From positions 145,330,001-145,394,000 of the forward strand of contig CM059431.1 in assembly GCA_030390025.1 (NCBI GenBank): DNA of 64,000 nucleotides, read 5' to 3'. Numbering within the stretch: position 1 is the stretch's first letter; each line of letters starts with the position of its first letter. Positions 1 to 10,633 of this stretch are shown in pieces. Below the pieces are notes generated by a model. The model was not told the DNA's origin. It did no database searches and saw nothing but the letters and a program-made list of their open reading frames with translations. The stretch is from Squalus acanthias (Eukaryota). The translations under genes and the position numbers were made by a program.

Positions 1-2745
1 AACGCTAACCCGCGGATCCGAGGCTGAATGTCCTTGACTGCTTGAAGTGTTGCCCGACTGGGACGTAACAATCCTGCCTGGCGATTGTATGCGCAGTGTC
101 CGTTCATACGTTGTCTCAGTGTCTGCATGGTCTCGCCGATGTACCATGCTCCAGGCATCCTTTCCTGCAACATAGAGGTAGGACATCGTTGGCCGAGTCA
201 CATGAGTATGTACCATGTACCTGGTGGGTAGTGTCCTCACGGTGATATTGTATCTGTGTTGATGATCTGGCCTGTCTTGCAGAGGTTGCCGTGGCAGGGT
301 TGTGTGGTGTTTTGGTCGCTGTTCTCCTGACAGCTGGGTAATTTGCTGTGAACTATGGTACTTTTGAGGTTAGGCGGCTGCTTGAAGGCGAGTAGTGGAG
401 GGCATGGGGATGGCCTTAGCAAGGTGTTCGTCGTCATCGATGACATGTTGAAGGCTGCGAAGAACATGGCGAAGTTTCTCCGCTCCGGGGAAGTACTGGA
501 CGACGTGGGTACTCTGTTGGTTGTGTCCCCGTGTTCGTCCTTCTGAGGAGGTCTATGCGGTTTTTCGCTGTGGCCCGTCGGAACTGTCGATTGACGAGTC
601 GAGCGTCATATCCGTTCTTACGAGTGCGTCTTTCTGCGTCCGTAGGTGTCATGCGTTCCTCCTCGTCTGAGCAGATCCTGTGTATTCGCAGGGCTGTGTC
701 CATGGGGATGGCTTCTTTAACGTGGTTAGGGTGGAAGCTGGAGATGTGGAGCATCGTGAGGTTGTCCGTGGGCTTGCGGTAGAGTGAAGTGCTGAGGTGT
801 CCGTCTTTGATGGAGATTCGTATGTCCAAGAATGAAACCGATTCTGAGGAGTAGTCCATGGTGAGTTTGATGGTGGGATGGAACCTGTTGATGTTATCGT
901 GTAGTCTTTCAGTGATCCTTCGCCGTGGGGCGAAAGGAAGAAAATGTCGTCGATGATCTGGTTGTACAGCGTTGGTTGGAGGTCCTGTGCAGCGAAGAAG
1001 TCTTGCTCGAACTTGTGCATGAAGAAATTGGCTATTGGCATGCGAATTTGGTCCCCATGCTGTTCGTGTGTTGGGTAAAAAACTGGTTGTCGAAGGTGAA
1101 GACATTGTGGTCAAGGATGAAGCGGATGAGTTGTAGGATGGCGTCTGGAGATTGGCTGTTGTTGGTGTTTGAGCACTGAGGCTGTCGCAGCGATGCCGTC
1201 CTCGTGGGGGATATTGGTGTAGAGTGCCGATACATCCATCGTGGTGAGGAGTGCTCCTGGTTCAACTGGTCCATGGGTGCTGAGTTTCTGCAAGAAGTCT
1301 GTAGTGTCGCGACAGAAGCTGGGGGTTCCCTGTACGATGGGTTTCAGGATGCCCTCGACGTACCCAGAGAGGTTCTCACACAGGGTTCCGTTGCCTCATA
1401 CGATAGGACGTCCGGGTGTGTTGGCTTTGTGTATCTTTGGGATGCAGTAGAAGTCTCCTACGCGGGGAGTACGTGGGATGAGAGCGCGTAGGATGTTTTG
1501 AAGGTCTGGATCGAAGGCCTTGATCAGTCTATTGAGTTGGCGGGTGTGTTCTTTGGTCGGATCTGCGGGTAACTGTCTGTAGTGTTCCTGGTTGTCCAGT
1601 TGTCGGAATGCTTCTTTGCAATAGTCCATTCTGTTCTGTATGACGATGGCTCCTCCTTTGTACGCTGGTTTGATGACAATGTTGCGGCTGGTCTTGAGAG
1701 CGTGGATGGCGTTGCGTTGTGCTCGGATGACATTCTGGACTGTCTTGTGTGCGGCTGATGAATCTGGCGTTGATGCATCTTCTGACAGCTTGAGCATACA
1801 TTTCAAGCTTAGCCCAGCGACCCTCCGGAGGGGTCCAATTTGACTCTTTCTTCTTCGGTTGCTGCACTGCGGTTCCCTCTGTCTGCTGTTCCGGATCATT
1901 GATTGTCTCATTGGGTTTGTTGCTGACATCTTGGGATTTGTGGTAGTATTCCCGGATCCTCATTCTACTGATGAATTACTCTGTGTCTGCCGCGAGACCG
2001 ATTGGGTCCATTTTGGTGCTGGGGCAGAAATTGAGCCCTTGGCTGAGAACTTCGATTTCGTCTGGTTGAAGGGTGTGGTCCGACAGGTTGACGATGGACT
2101 TCCCTGTGGTTGCAACCGTGGTACCGGGGGAGGCTTGGTTGCTGCTGGTGGTGATGCCGAGTTTCTCAAGCTTCCTGTTTTTGATGCTCATGTAGGAAGC
2201 GTAGTTCCGTTGCCTCGTCTGTTTGGCGGTGTCTCGTAGCTGGTCTGCTGTATCCTGAGCACAGGCTGAGAGCATGGACTCTATCTTGGTTTCGAGGTTG
2301 CAGCGTCTGCTGTAGAGCTGGTGTACGAGATGGTTGAGGAGTGTTCGAGAGGTACGACGGCAAAGTCTCTCAGCGTAGTCTGTGTTGTATGTCGACTTGA
2401 GTGGGTTCGTGATCTGTAGTCCTTTCGGAATCTTGTCTGCTTTCTTGCATCTCTGTAGAAACTTGATGTCTGTGTCGATATGTGCGAACTTCTTGGAGAT
2501 TCTCTCCACTTTGAGCCGGCAGTTTGTGGTGTCAATAGTGGTCATGATGCGAAGATGCCGGTGTTGGACGGGGTGGACAAAAATGAGAAGTCGCACGACA
2601 CCAGGTTATAGTCCAACAGTTTTATTTAAAATTACGAGCTTTCGGAGCTGCTGCCCGTTCGTCAAGTAGAGGTACATTGAGGGAATCTATTACACAGTAT
2701 ATATACACGGAGAGCAATTTGTCTGCAGAGATACAATCTCTAGAG
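1..2745 (-). mobile_element. Penelope-like retroelement (RT + GIY-YIG endonuclease), frameshifted, running off the window start
   Basis: Minus-strand ORF pieces carry PLE RT motifs (NIVIKPAYKGGAIVI, FYCIPKIHKANTPGRPIV, TMDVSALYTNIP, ANFFMHKFEQ..IIDDIF, HPTIKLT..SFLDI..TSLYRKPTD). Near 100-150 the reverse strand reads WYIGETMQTLRQRMNGH, a GIY-YIG-type motif. The ORF starts around 2547 (MTTIDTTNCR). Outer boundary is approximate. Confidence 0.9.
2633..2668 (-). ncRNA. Minimal type I hammerhead ribozyme in the Penelope terminal repeat
   Basis: Reverse strand reads TAC-TTGACGA-ACGGGC-AGCA-GCTCC-GAAA-GCTC-GTA: 3-bp stem I (TAC/GTA), YUGANGA core, stem II, GAAA, palindromic AGCT stem III and an NUH triplet (CUC). 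This is the layout known for PLE-associated minimal hammerheads. Confidence 0.7.
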
Positions 2746-2759
2746 ATGGTGAGGTTGAG

Positions 2760-3270
2760 GGAGGGAATTGACATTTGAGGGAGCTGACATCCTGGAAAGC
2801 TAGAGGCACGGGCACCAAAGGTGTAGTTATGAAAATCTGAGATGCGTAAGAGGCCAGACTTGGTGGAGAGCAGAGATCTCGAGTGTTGTAGGGCTGGAGG
2901 AGGCTGCAGACATAGGGAGGGGCGAGGACATGGAAGGTTTCGAAAACAAGTATGAGAAGTTTTTAATTGAGATGTTGCCGGACCAGGAGCCAATGTCGGT
3001 CAGGGAGCAGAGTGATGATGGGTGAAAGGGACTCGGTGCGAGTTAGGATATGGACAGCATGTTTTTGGCTGAGTGCAAGGTGGGAGGCCCAAAGGAGAAC
3101 ATTGGAATAGTTGTGTCTGGAGGTAACAAAGGCAAGGATGAGGATTCCTCCAACAGATGAGCTGAGGCAGGGGCGGAGACGGACGATATGGCAGAGATAG
3201 AATGGGGCATTCTTGGTGATGGCGAAGATATGGGTCAGAATCTCAGTTCAGGGTCAAATAGGATGCCGAA
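2760..3270 (-). mobile_element. Degraded L2-clade LINE ORF2 3' fragment
   Basis: Reverse translation resembles the L2 C-terminus (ILTRTESLSPIITLLPDRHWLLVRQHLN*KLLILVFETFHVLAPPYVCSLLQPY). Confidence 0.7.
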
Positions 3271-3536
3271 TAGCACTTCTGTCCATTCACAGTCTGTCCA
3301 TCTCCCAGCACACACAATACTCCGGATAACATGCCCAGGACCTGATAATAACAGTGGGACGAGACAATATCAAAAACATTTCTCATTCACTTAGTTTTAA
3401 TTTTCTGTACACGCCTGTAATTAAGCTGTGGACTAAATCGTGTCACAGTTTACTGAATAACAAAGTGTTATTTCCAAGATGTTTTTATGTCAATACAATT
3501 AACATTGAAACCACTTTCTGTCTGTTCTAATTGAAG

Positions 3537-5305
3537 ATGTTCAACAGAAACACAAGGAAACACTCCGGATACAAACTGAAACACTGAGAGTGAACACTAT
3601 CCTAATAAAGGAGAAGGTTAAGATTTTCCACCTGATTGATCGATACGCTGAGCTAACGGTCATTTCGACTGTTCGAGATCGGACACTTGTAGAACATGAA
3701 CTCTTGGCAAGAGGCCGAGACCATGAAGAGTCAAAGAGAGAAACATCTCCGGAGAGAACTGGAGAAAATCCGAACTGATCAATTGTTCCAGAGCAGTTTT
3801 TCCTGGATAGGCAGTTTACTGCAGAAATGAAGAGTTTATTCTGGCGATCCAATTCTGGGAGTTCAGCAGCAGTGAGCGGAGTCCCTGGGATTGGAAAAAC
3901 AACAATGGTACAAAAGATTGTTTATGACTGGGCCACTGGGAAAATATACCCACAGTTTCAATTTGTTTTCAGCTTTAAATTCCGGATTTGAAACACTATT
4001 AACTGTAGAATAAACCTGAGGAATCTGATACTGGATCTGTATCCTTACTTTGGAATATTCTGGGAGAGCTCTGAAGAACCCCGAGGGATTGCTGTTTATA
4101 TTCGATGGTTTGGATGAATTCAATGACAGGATTGATTTTGCTGACAATCGGAGAAATACATAACCTCAGCACATGTGCGCAGATCCTGAAGACTGGTGTG
4201 AAGTGTCTGACATTGTGTACAGTTTAATACAGCACAAACTGCTCCCAGGATGTTCAGTGCTAGTGACCAGCCGCCCCACTGCATTACATTTATTGGAAAA
4301 GGCTGAGATCAGTGTCTGGGCTGAAATCCTGGGATTTGTTGGTGAAGAACGGAAGGAATATTTCAACAAGTTTTTTGAAGATCAGACGGTGGCAGCAGTT
4401 GTTTTCAAACACGTGGAGGAGAACGAGATCCTGTACACCATGTGCTATAACCCTTCCTACTGCTGGATCCTCGGGCTCTCACTCGGCCCCTTCTTTACAC
4501 AAAGCAACAGGAATCAGCAGCGAGTTCCCAAGACCATCACCCAACTATATTCCTATTATATTACAACATTCTGAAAAACCATGGCCGAGAGATTGAAAGC
4601 CCCCGTGATGGTGTTACTGAAGCTTGGTGAGATGGCCTTCACAGGAGTCTCCGAGAAGAAGATTGTGTTTAGAAATGCAGATTTGATCAAGTACAATTTG
4701 CAACCTTCCCAGTTCCTGTCTGGGTTCATGGTGGAACTTTTGGAAGAGATGATTCTGCCCAGAGCGTGGTGTACACATTCCCGCACCTCACCATCCAAGA
4801 GTTTGTAGCCGCTCTCGCACAATTCCTGACTCCAGATCTCGGGGACATCCTGAAACTCCTTAGAGAATCCACAGCAAGGAAGATGGGCGATTTGTGATAT
4901 TTCTCCGTTTGTTGCTGGTCTCTCCTCCCCACAGGCAGCTAGGCCCCTGGAGGAGTTTCTGGGTCAACTTCTTCATCAAACTACCTGCCGAGTGATTGAC
5001 TGGGTGAAGGAGAAGGTTGAAGGACAGATCGGAGAAACAGAGAATGAAACTGGTCAAAGGAACCTCCTGAACACATTCCACTACCTATTTGAGTCTGAGA
5101 ATAAAGCACTGGCTCGGGCCACAGTGGGATCTGTGGAATCACTTACATTTAGTGGTTTGGTACTGACCCCGATTGACTGTGCGGTCCTGTCTCATGTTAT
5201 TGGACTCTGTGATACAATAAAACACCTCAACCTACAATACTGCTCCATTCAGTGTGAAGGACTCCAGCGGCTGGGACCCGTACTGCACAAATGCCGGGTG
5301 TTGAG
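3537..5305 (+). pseudogene. NLR large NACHT/HD1/WHD/HD2 exon with several frameshifts and an in-frame TAA (4161-4163)
   Basis: Acceptor ttgaag|at at 3537 and donor ag|gtaact at 5306. NACHT motifs are spread across different frames in the ORF track (3590, 4173, 4581, 4992). Confidence 0.9.
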
Positions 5306-5744
5306 GTAACTGTTTATTTGTCTCTAACTGTTGTGCGAATTGTAGAACAGTCACAGAATGTGTTGTTGCTCCGTAATGAAGGGAAACAGACAGTTTAGTT
5401 AAACCAGAGAGAAGCAGATTCAACTCAAATATGACCAATAATAAGAGGATCTGTCAGTAATTCCCTAAGGACTGGAGAATCTGAAATGGATCCTTGTGAG
5501 CAAGTAGGGATTTTATAGTCTTTATCGGATCTGCAAATACAGGTCACTGAAACAGACTCTTCGCCCAGCCCTCGCATCTCTGAGTCACTAGGTCGTGGAT
5601 ACAGGCCCCACGGACATAATCCAGACCGACATTTCAGTGGCATTTGGGAGCTTAAGTCTACTGTGAAAAGGTTCCAATCTAACGTGTTGTGGGGTATTCG
5701 CCCCGTAGTACAGACACACATCGGTCAGCGGTGGGGCCTCACCA

Positions 5745-5865
5745 CACGGACTGCTGCAGTTCAAGAAGGCGGCTCTCCACCCCCTTCTCAAGGGCAACGA
5801 GGAATGGGCAATAAATGCTGGCCTTGCCAGTGATGCCACATCCCATAAAACGAATATAAGAAAAA
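5745..5865 (+). mobile_element. Short LINE 3'-end fragment
   Basis: ttcaagaaggcggctctccaccccc...gggcaataaatgctggccttgccag followed by an A-rich tail resembles the 3' terminus of a common shark LINE (from recall). Confidence 0.5.
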
Positions 5866-6628
5866 CATACAGTGACCGGCTCCTGGGTAAACCGGGGGCA
5901 GTGAACCCGGAGATTCCCTATAGTCCGCCCCCTGTGTGTGAGGACCCGCTCGGGGAGGGAACTTCCGAAAATTCCCTAAAAAGTGTTGGTCCAGTTAAAC
6001 CTGAAATAAATGTAGAGCCAGTTTAATGGCGAATAAAGTAAGAGACTATCCTTCCCCTATAAACAAGGAGCACAGGGACATTTTAAAACTTGTAACGGGA
6101 CAGAATAAATTCTCCGTGTTGCATAAAATCCTGGGGGACCGATTTTACAGCAACAGTAAGCGCCGTTTCTCAATAGAACTCACCCGATATATTATATAGA
6201 TTAATATAATGTACAGAGTATAAAGTACAGGGAATCACCGCTTTATCATTTAATTTGTGGAAAATGGCCCTATTCCCATAAACTCCGTGATTTAAGGAGC
6301 AGCAGAAATGAGACAGGTTTCTCCAAACATGACGGGGCCGGTCACTGAGCTCCAGGAGGGTAATTCAGATCATCCGGGAATGAGACTGGACTGAGGGACA
6401 TTTAAAGGCTTCACGCAGACAGCACTTTATTTAATAAATATATTTACTGACAGTCCCTGAATATATGGGCAGTTGGACAGAGTGAGATTCATTGTCAGTG
6501 ACAGGAAAACCGGGTTATTAATTTCCTGAATTTTTTCAATGTTTCTTGTAATATCCGAGAGAAAGAAATTGTAACAGATCCGGTGTTTGATTGAGTTTGT
6601 TTTTCACTCTCTGTCTGTTTGTGTTTAG

Positions 6629-6715
6629 ACTGAGGAGCAATGAACTGGGAGATTCAGGAGTGAAACTAGTGTCTGCGGCTCTGAGGAATCCGGACTGTAA
6701 AATACAGGAACTGCG
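6629..6715 (+). CDS. NLR LRR exon (87 bp)
   Basis: tttag|a...cg|gtaagt; [28 protein letters not shown], open frame. Confidence 0.85.
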
Positions 6716-6735
6716 GTAAGTAGCAGACTGTGTGA

Positions 6736-7399
6736 AGAAGGCAAATGGTATGTTGGCCTTCATAGCGAGAGGGTTTGAGTATAGGAACAGGGATGTCCTG
6801 CTGCAGTTGTACAGGGCCTTGGTGAGACCACACCTTGAGTACTGTGTGCAGTTTTGGTCGCCTTATCTGAGGAAGGTTGTTTTTGCCAGGGAAGGAGTTC
6901 AGCGAAGATTCACATGGCTGATACCTGTGATGGCAGGAATGACATATGAGGAGAGATTGGGTCGATTGGGCTTATACTCGCTGGAGTTTAGAAGAATGAG
7001 AGGGGATCTCATCGAAACATATTAAATTCTGACAGTCTGGACAAACTAGATGCAGGAAGAATGTTCCCGATGGTCGGAGAGTCCAGAACCAGGGGTCATA
7101 ATCTAAGGAAAACGGGTAAGCCATTTAGGACTGAGTTGAGGAGGAATTTCTTCACCCAGAGAGTGGTCAACCTGTGGAATTCTCTACCACAGAAGGTAGT
7201 TGAGGCCAAGTCATTAAATATATCAAGAATGAGTTAGATATATTTCTTAAAGCTAAAGGTATCAAGGGATATGGGGAGAAGGCAGGTACAGGGTACTGAG
7301 TTTGGATGATCAGCCATGATCTCATCGAATGGCGGAGCAGGTTCGAGGGGCCGAATGGCCTACTCCTGCTCCTATCTTCTATGTTTCTATATTTTTCTA
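6736..7399 (+). mobile_element. 5'-truncated CR1 LINE
   Basis: KANGMLAFIARG..LYRALVRPHLEYCVQFWSP; CR1 3' UTR with ttctat-type tail; flanking direct repeat tgtgtga at 6729-6735 and 7400-7406. Confidence 0.9.
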
Positions 7400-7567
7400 T
7401 GTGTGAGATTGTGTTTATAATCACTGGATGTCTGACACTGTACATTATTATTAGTGTCAGTAATCGTGTTACTAATAAGCACTGTACCTTATAAGTAATA
7501 GTGTTAATAAATATTGGGTATTTACCGTGATGTTATTTCTTTCTCTGTCCCACCCCCTCATCCTCAG

Positions 7568-7738
7568 TCTTGATGAAAATGGTCTCACAGTTTCTTGTGC
7601 TGAGGAACTTGCCTCCGCTCTCAGTACAAACCGATCACTGACAGTTCTGGACCTGGGTAATAATAAACTGGGAGATTCAGGAGTGCAACTACTGTCTGCG
7701 GCTCTGAGGAACCCGGACTGTAAAATACAGGAACTGCG
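7568..7738 (+). CDS. NLR LRR exon (171 bp)
   Basis: ctcag|t...cg|gtaagt; [56 protein letters not shown]. Confidence 0.88.
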
Positions 7739-7799
7739 GTAAGTACCAGACTGTGTGAGATTGTGTTTAGAATAAATGGATGTCTGACACTGTCCATTA

Positions 7800-9210
7800 C
7801 ATAGGATATACGGCACAGAAACAGTCCATTGGGCTCAAGTCTGTGCCGGCATTTATGCTCCACTCGAGCCTCCCCAGGTCTTTCCTCATCTAAATCTATC
7901 AGCATAACCCTCTATTCCCTCTCCCTCATATGCTTATAAAGCCTCCCCTTAAATGCATCGATACTATTCGCTTCAATCACTCCCTGTAGTAGCGAGTTCC
8001 ACATTCTCACCACTCTTTGGGTAAAGAAGTTTCTTCTGAATTCCCTGTTATATTTCTTGAAGACTGTCTATCTTAAATTGATGGCCTCTAGTTATGCTCT
8101 TCCCCACTAGTAGAAACATTCTCTCTGTATCCACTCTATCAATTTTTTTCAAAATTTTAAAGAGCTCCGTTAGGTCACCCTTCAGCCTTTTTACAAGAGA
8201 AAAGAGACCCAGCCTGTTCAGCCTTTCCTGATATGTATACATCACATTTCTGATATCATCCTTGTAAATCTTTGCACCTTCTCCAGTGCCTCTATATCTT
8301 TTTTATAATATGGTGAGCAGAACTGTATACAGTACTCTAAGTGTGGTCTAAACAAGGTTCGATACAGATTTAGCATAACTTCGCCACTTTTCAATTCTAT
8401 ATCTCTAGAAATAAACCCGAGTGCTTGGTTTGCTATTTTTATGGCCTTGCTAACCTGTGTCGCAACTTTGAATTTTTTGTATTTATACTCCAATTGCCAT
8501 TTGGTCCTCTACCCGACCTAGACTCACACCCTCCAAGTAATAAGTGACCTCCCTAATCTTCGTACCGAAATGTAATACCTCACATTTATCTGTGTTGAAC
8601 TTCATTAACCAATTATATGCTCATTCTGCAAGTTTATTAATGTCCTCCTGTAACTTGTTGCAGTCCTCCTCAGTATTGACCAACTCCCCCAATTTGGTGT
8701 CATCCGCAAATTTAGAAATTGTGTTTTGATTCCAAAGTCTAAATTGTTAATGTAAATTGTGAACAACCGTGTCCCAGCACTGATCCTGGTGGAACACCAC
8801 TACCCACCTTCTGTCACTGTGAATAGCTACCCTTTACTGCTACTCTATCTGCTCTCTGTGCTGAAGCCAGCCAGCAATCCATTCTGCTACTTGTCTCTTC
8901 ACTCTGCATTCTCTGACCTTGTTCATCAGTCTATTATGGGGTACCTTATTGAAGGCCTTTTGAAAATCCAGATAAATTACTTCTAATGCATTACCATTGT
9001 CTACTCTCTCTGTTAACGCTTAAAAAATGCAATGAGGTTGGTCAAGCAACACTTTCCCTTTTGAATCCATGTTGACTATTCATTATTATATTTTTGGTTT
9101 CTCGATGTTCTTCTATTTTCTACTTTAGTAGGGATTCCATTATTTTTCCTACCACCGATGTTAAGCTGACTGGTCTATAATTCCCTGTACATGTTCTATC
9201 CCCCCTCTTA
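7800..9210 (-). mobile_element. 5'-truncated CR1 LINE
   Basis: Reverse ORF ANQALGFISR..LYRTLFRPHLEYCIQF with RT remnants; interrupts the repeated intron unit. Confidence 0.88.
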
Positions 9211-9322
9211 AACATTATTATTAGTATCAGTAATAGTTTTATTAATAAGCACTGTCCAATAGTGTTATTAATAGACAGTGGACTTTATCCTGATTCACAT
9301 TTTCTCTCTTTCTGATACCCAG

Positions 9323-9493
9323 GCTTGCTGATGTCGGTCTCACAGATTCTTGTGCCGAGGATGTCGCCTCCGCTCTCAGTACAAACCGGTCACTGACGGA
9401 TCTGAACCTGAGTAATAATAAACTGGGAGATTCAGGAGAGAAACTACTGTCTGTGGCTCTAAGGAACCCGGACTGTAAAATACAGAAACTGCA
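9323..9493 (+). CDS. NLR LRR exon (171 bp)
   Basis: cccag|g...ca|gtaagt; [38 protein letters not shown]... Confidence 0.88.
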
Positions 9494-9634
9494 GTAAGTA
9501 CCAGACTGTGTGAGATTGTGTTTATAATAACTGGATGTCTAGCACTACAATATTATTATCAGTAATAGTGTTATTAATGGACAGTGGGCTTTATCCTGAA
9601 TCACATTTTCTCTCTCTCTCTCTCTGATACCCAG

Positions 9635-9805
9635 GCTTGTTGATGTCGGTCTCACAGATTCTTGTGCCGAGGATCTCGCCTCCGCTCTCAGTACAAACCG
9701 GTCACTGACGGATCTGAACCTGAGTAATAATAAACTGGGAGATTCAGGAGTGAAACTACTGTCTGCGGCTCTGAGTAACCCGGACTATAAAATACAGAAT
9801 CTGCG
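9635..9805 (+). CDS. NLR LRR exon (171 bp)
   Basis: cccag|g...cg|gtaagt; [34 protein letters not shown]..., a near copy of the previous exon. Confidence 0.88.
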
Positions 9806-9962
9806 GTAAGTAACAGACTTTGTGAGATTGTGTTTATAATAGCTGGATGACTAACACTGTACAATATTATTACCAGTAATAGTGTTATTAATAAACACTG
9901 TACATTATTCTTAATATCAGTAACAGTTTCTCTCTCTCCCTCTCTTTCTCTCTGATCCCCAG

Positions 9963-10130
9963 GCTGGGTGCTGTCGGTCTCACACATTCTTGTGCCGCTC
10001 TCGCCTCCGCTCTCAGCATAAACCGGTCACTGACTGTTCTGGATGTGGGTAATAATAAACTAAGAGATTCAGGAGTGAAACTGCTTTCTGTGGCTCTGAG
10101 CAACCCGGACTGTAAAATACAGAAACTAGA
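9963..10130 (+). CDS. NLR LRR exon (168 bp, one codon shorter)
   Basis: cccag|g...ga|gtaaga; [37 protein letters not shown]... Confidence 0.85.
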
Positions 10131-10439
10131 GTAAGATTGTGTTTATAATAAGTAGCTGTTTGACACTGTACATTATTATTAATATCAGTAATAGTGTTAT
10201 TAATAAACACTGAACATTATTATTAGTGTCAGTAATATTGTTACTAATAAACACTACATTATTAGTATCGAACAGTGTTTATTAACAGCACTGATAATGT
10301 AGTGTATATTAACAGCATTTTTTATTAAACACTTGTTATCACTAAATGTACACTGTACATCACTAATAGTTATTAATAAACACTGTACATTATTAGTAGC
10401 ATCTCTCTATCTATCTCTCTCTTTCGCTTTGATCTCCAG

Positions 10440-10610
10440 GCTGTATGATGTCGGTCTCACAGCTTCTTGTGCCGAGGATCTCGCCTCCGCTCTCAGTACA
10501 AACCGCTCACTGACCGAGCTGGACTTGGGTAATAATAAACTGGGAGATTCAGGAGTAAAACTACTGGCTGCAGCTCTGAGGAACCCGGACTGTAAAATAC
10601 AGAAACTGCG
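10440..10610 (+). CDS. NLR LRR exon (171 bp) with non-canonical donor (ggagta in place of gtaagta)
   Basis: tccag|g; [56 protein letters not shown]; the donor GT is missing at 10611. Confidence 0.8.
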
Positions 10611-10633
10611 GGAGTATCAGACTCTCTGAGATT

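Noticed and set aside
237..2669. Plus-strand and alternative-frame short ORFs
   Set aside because: Shadow frames of the Penelope coding sequence.
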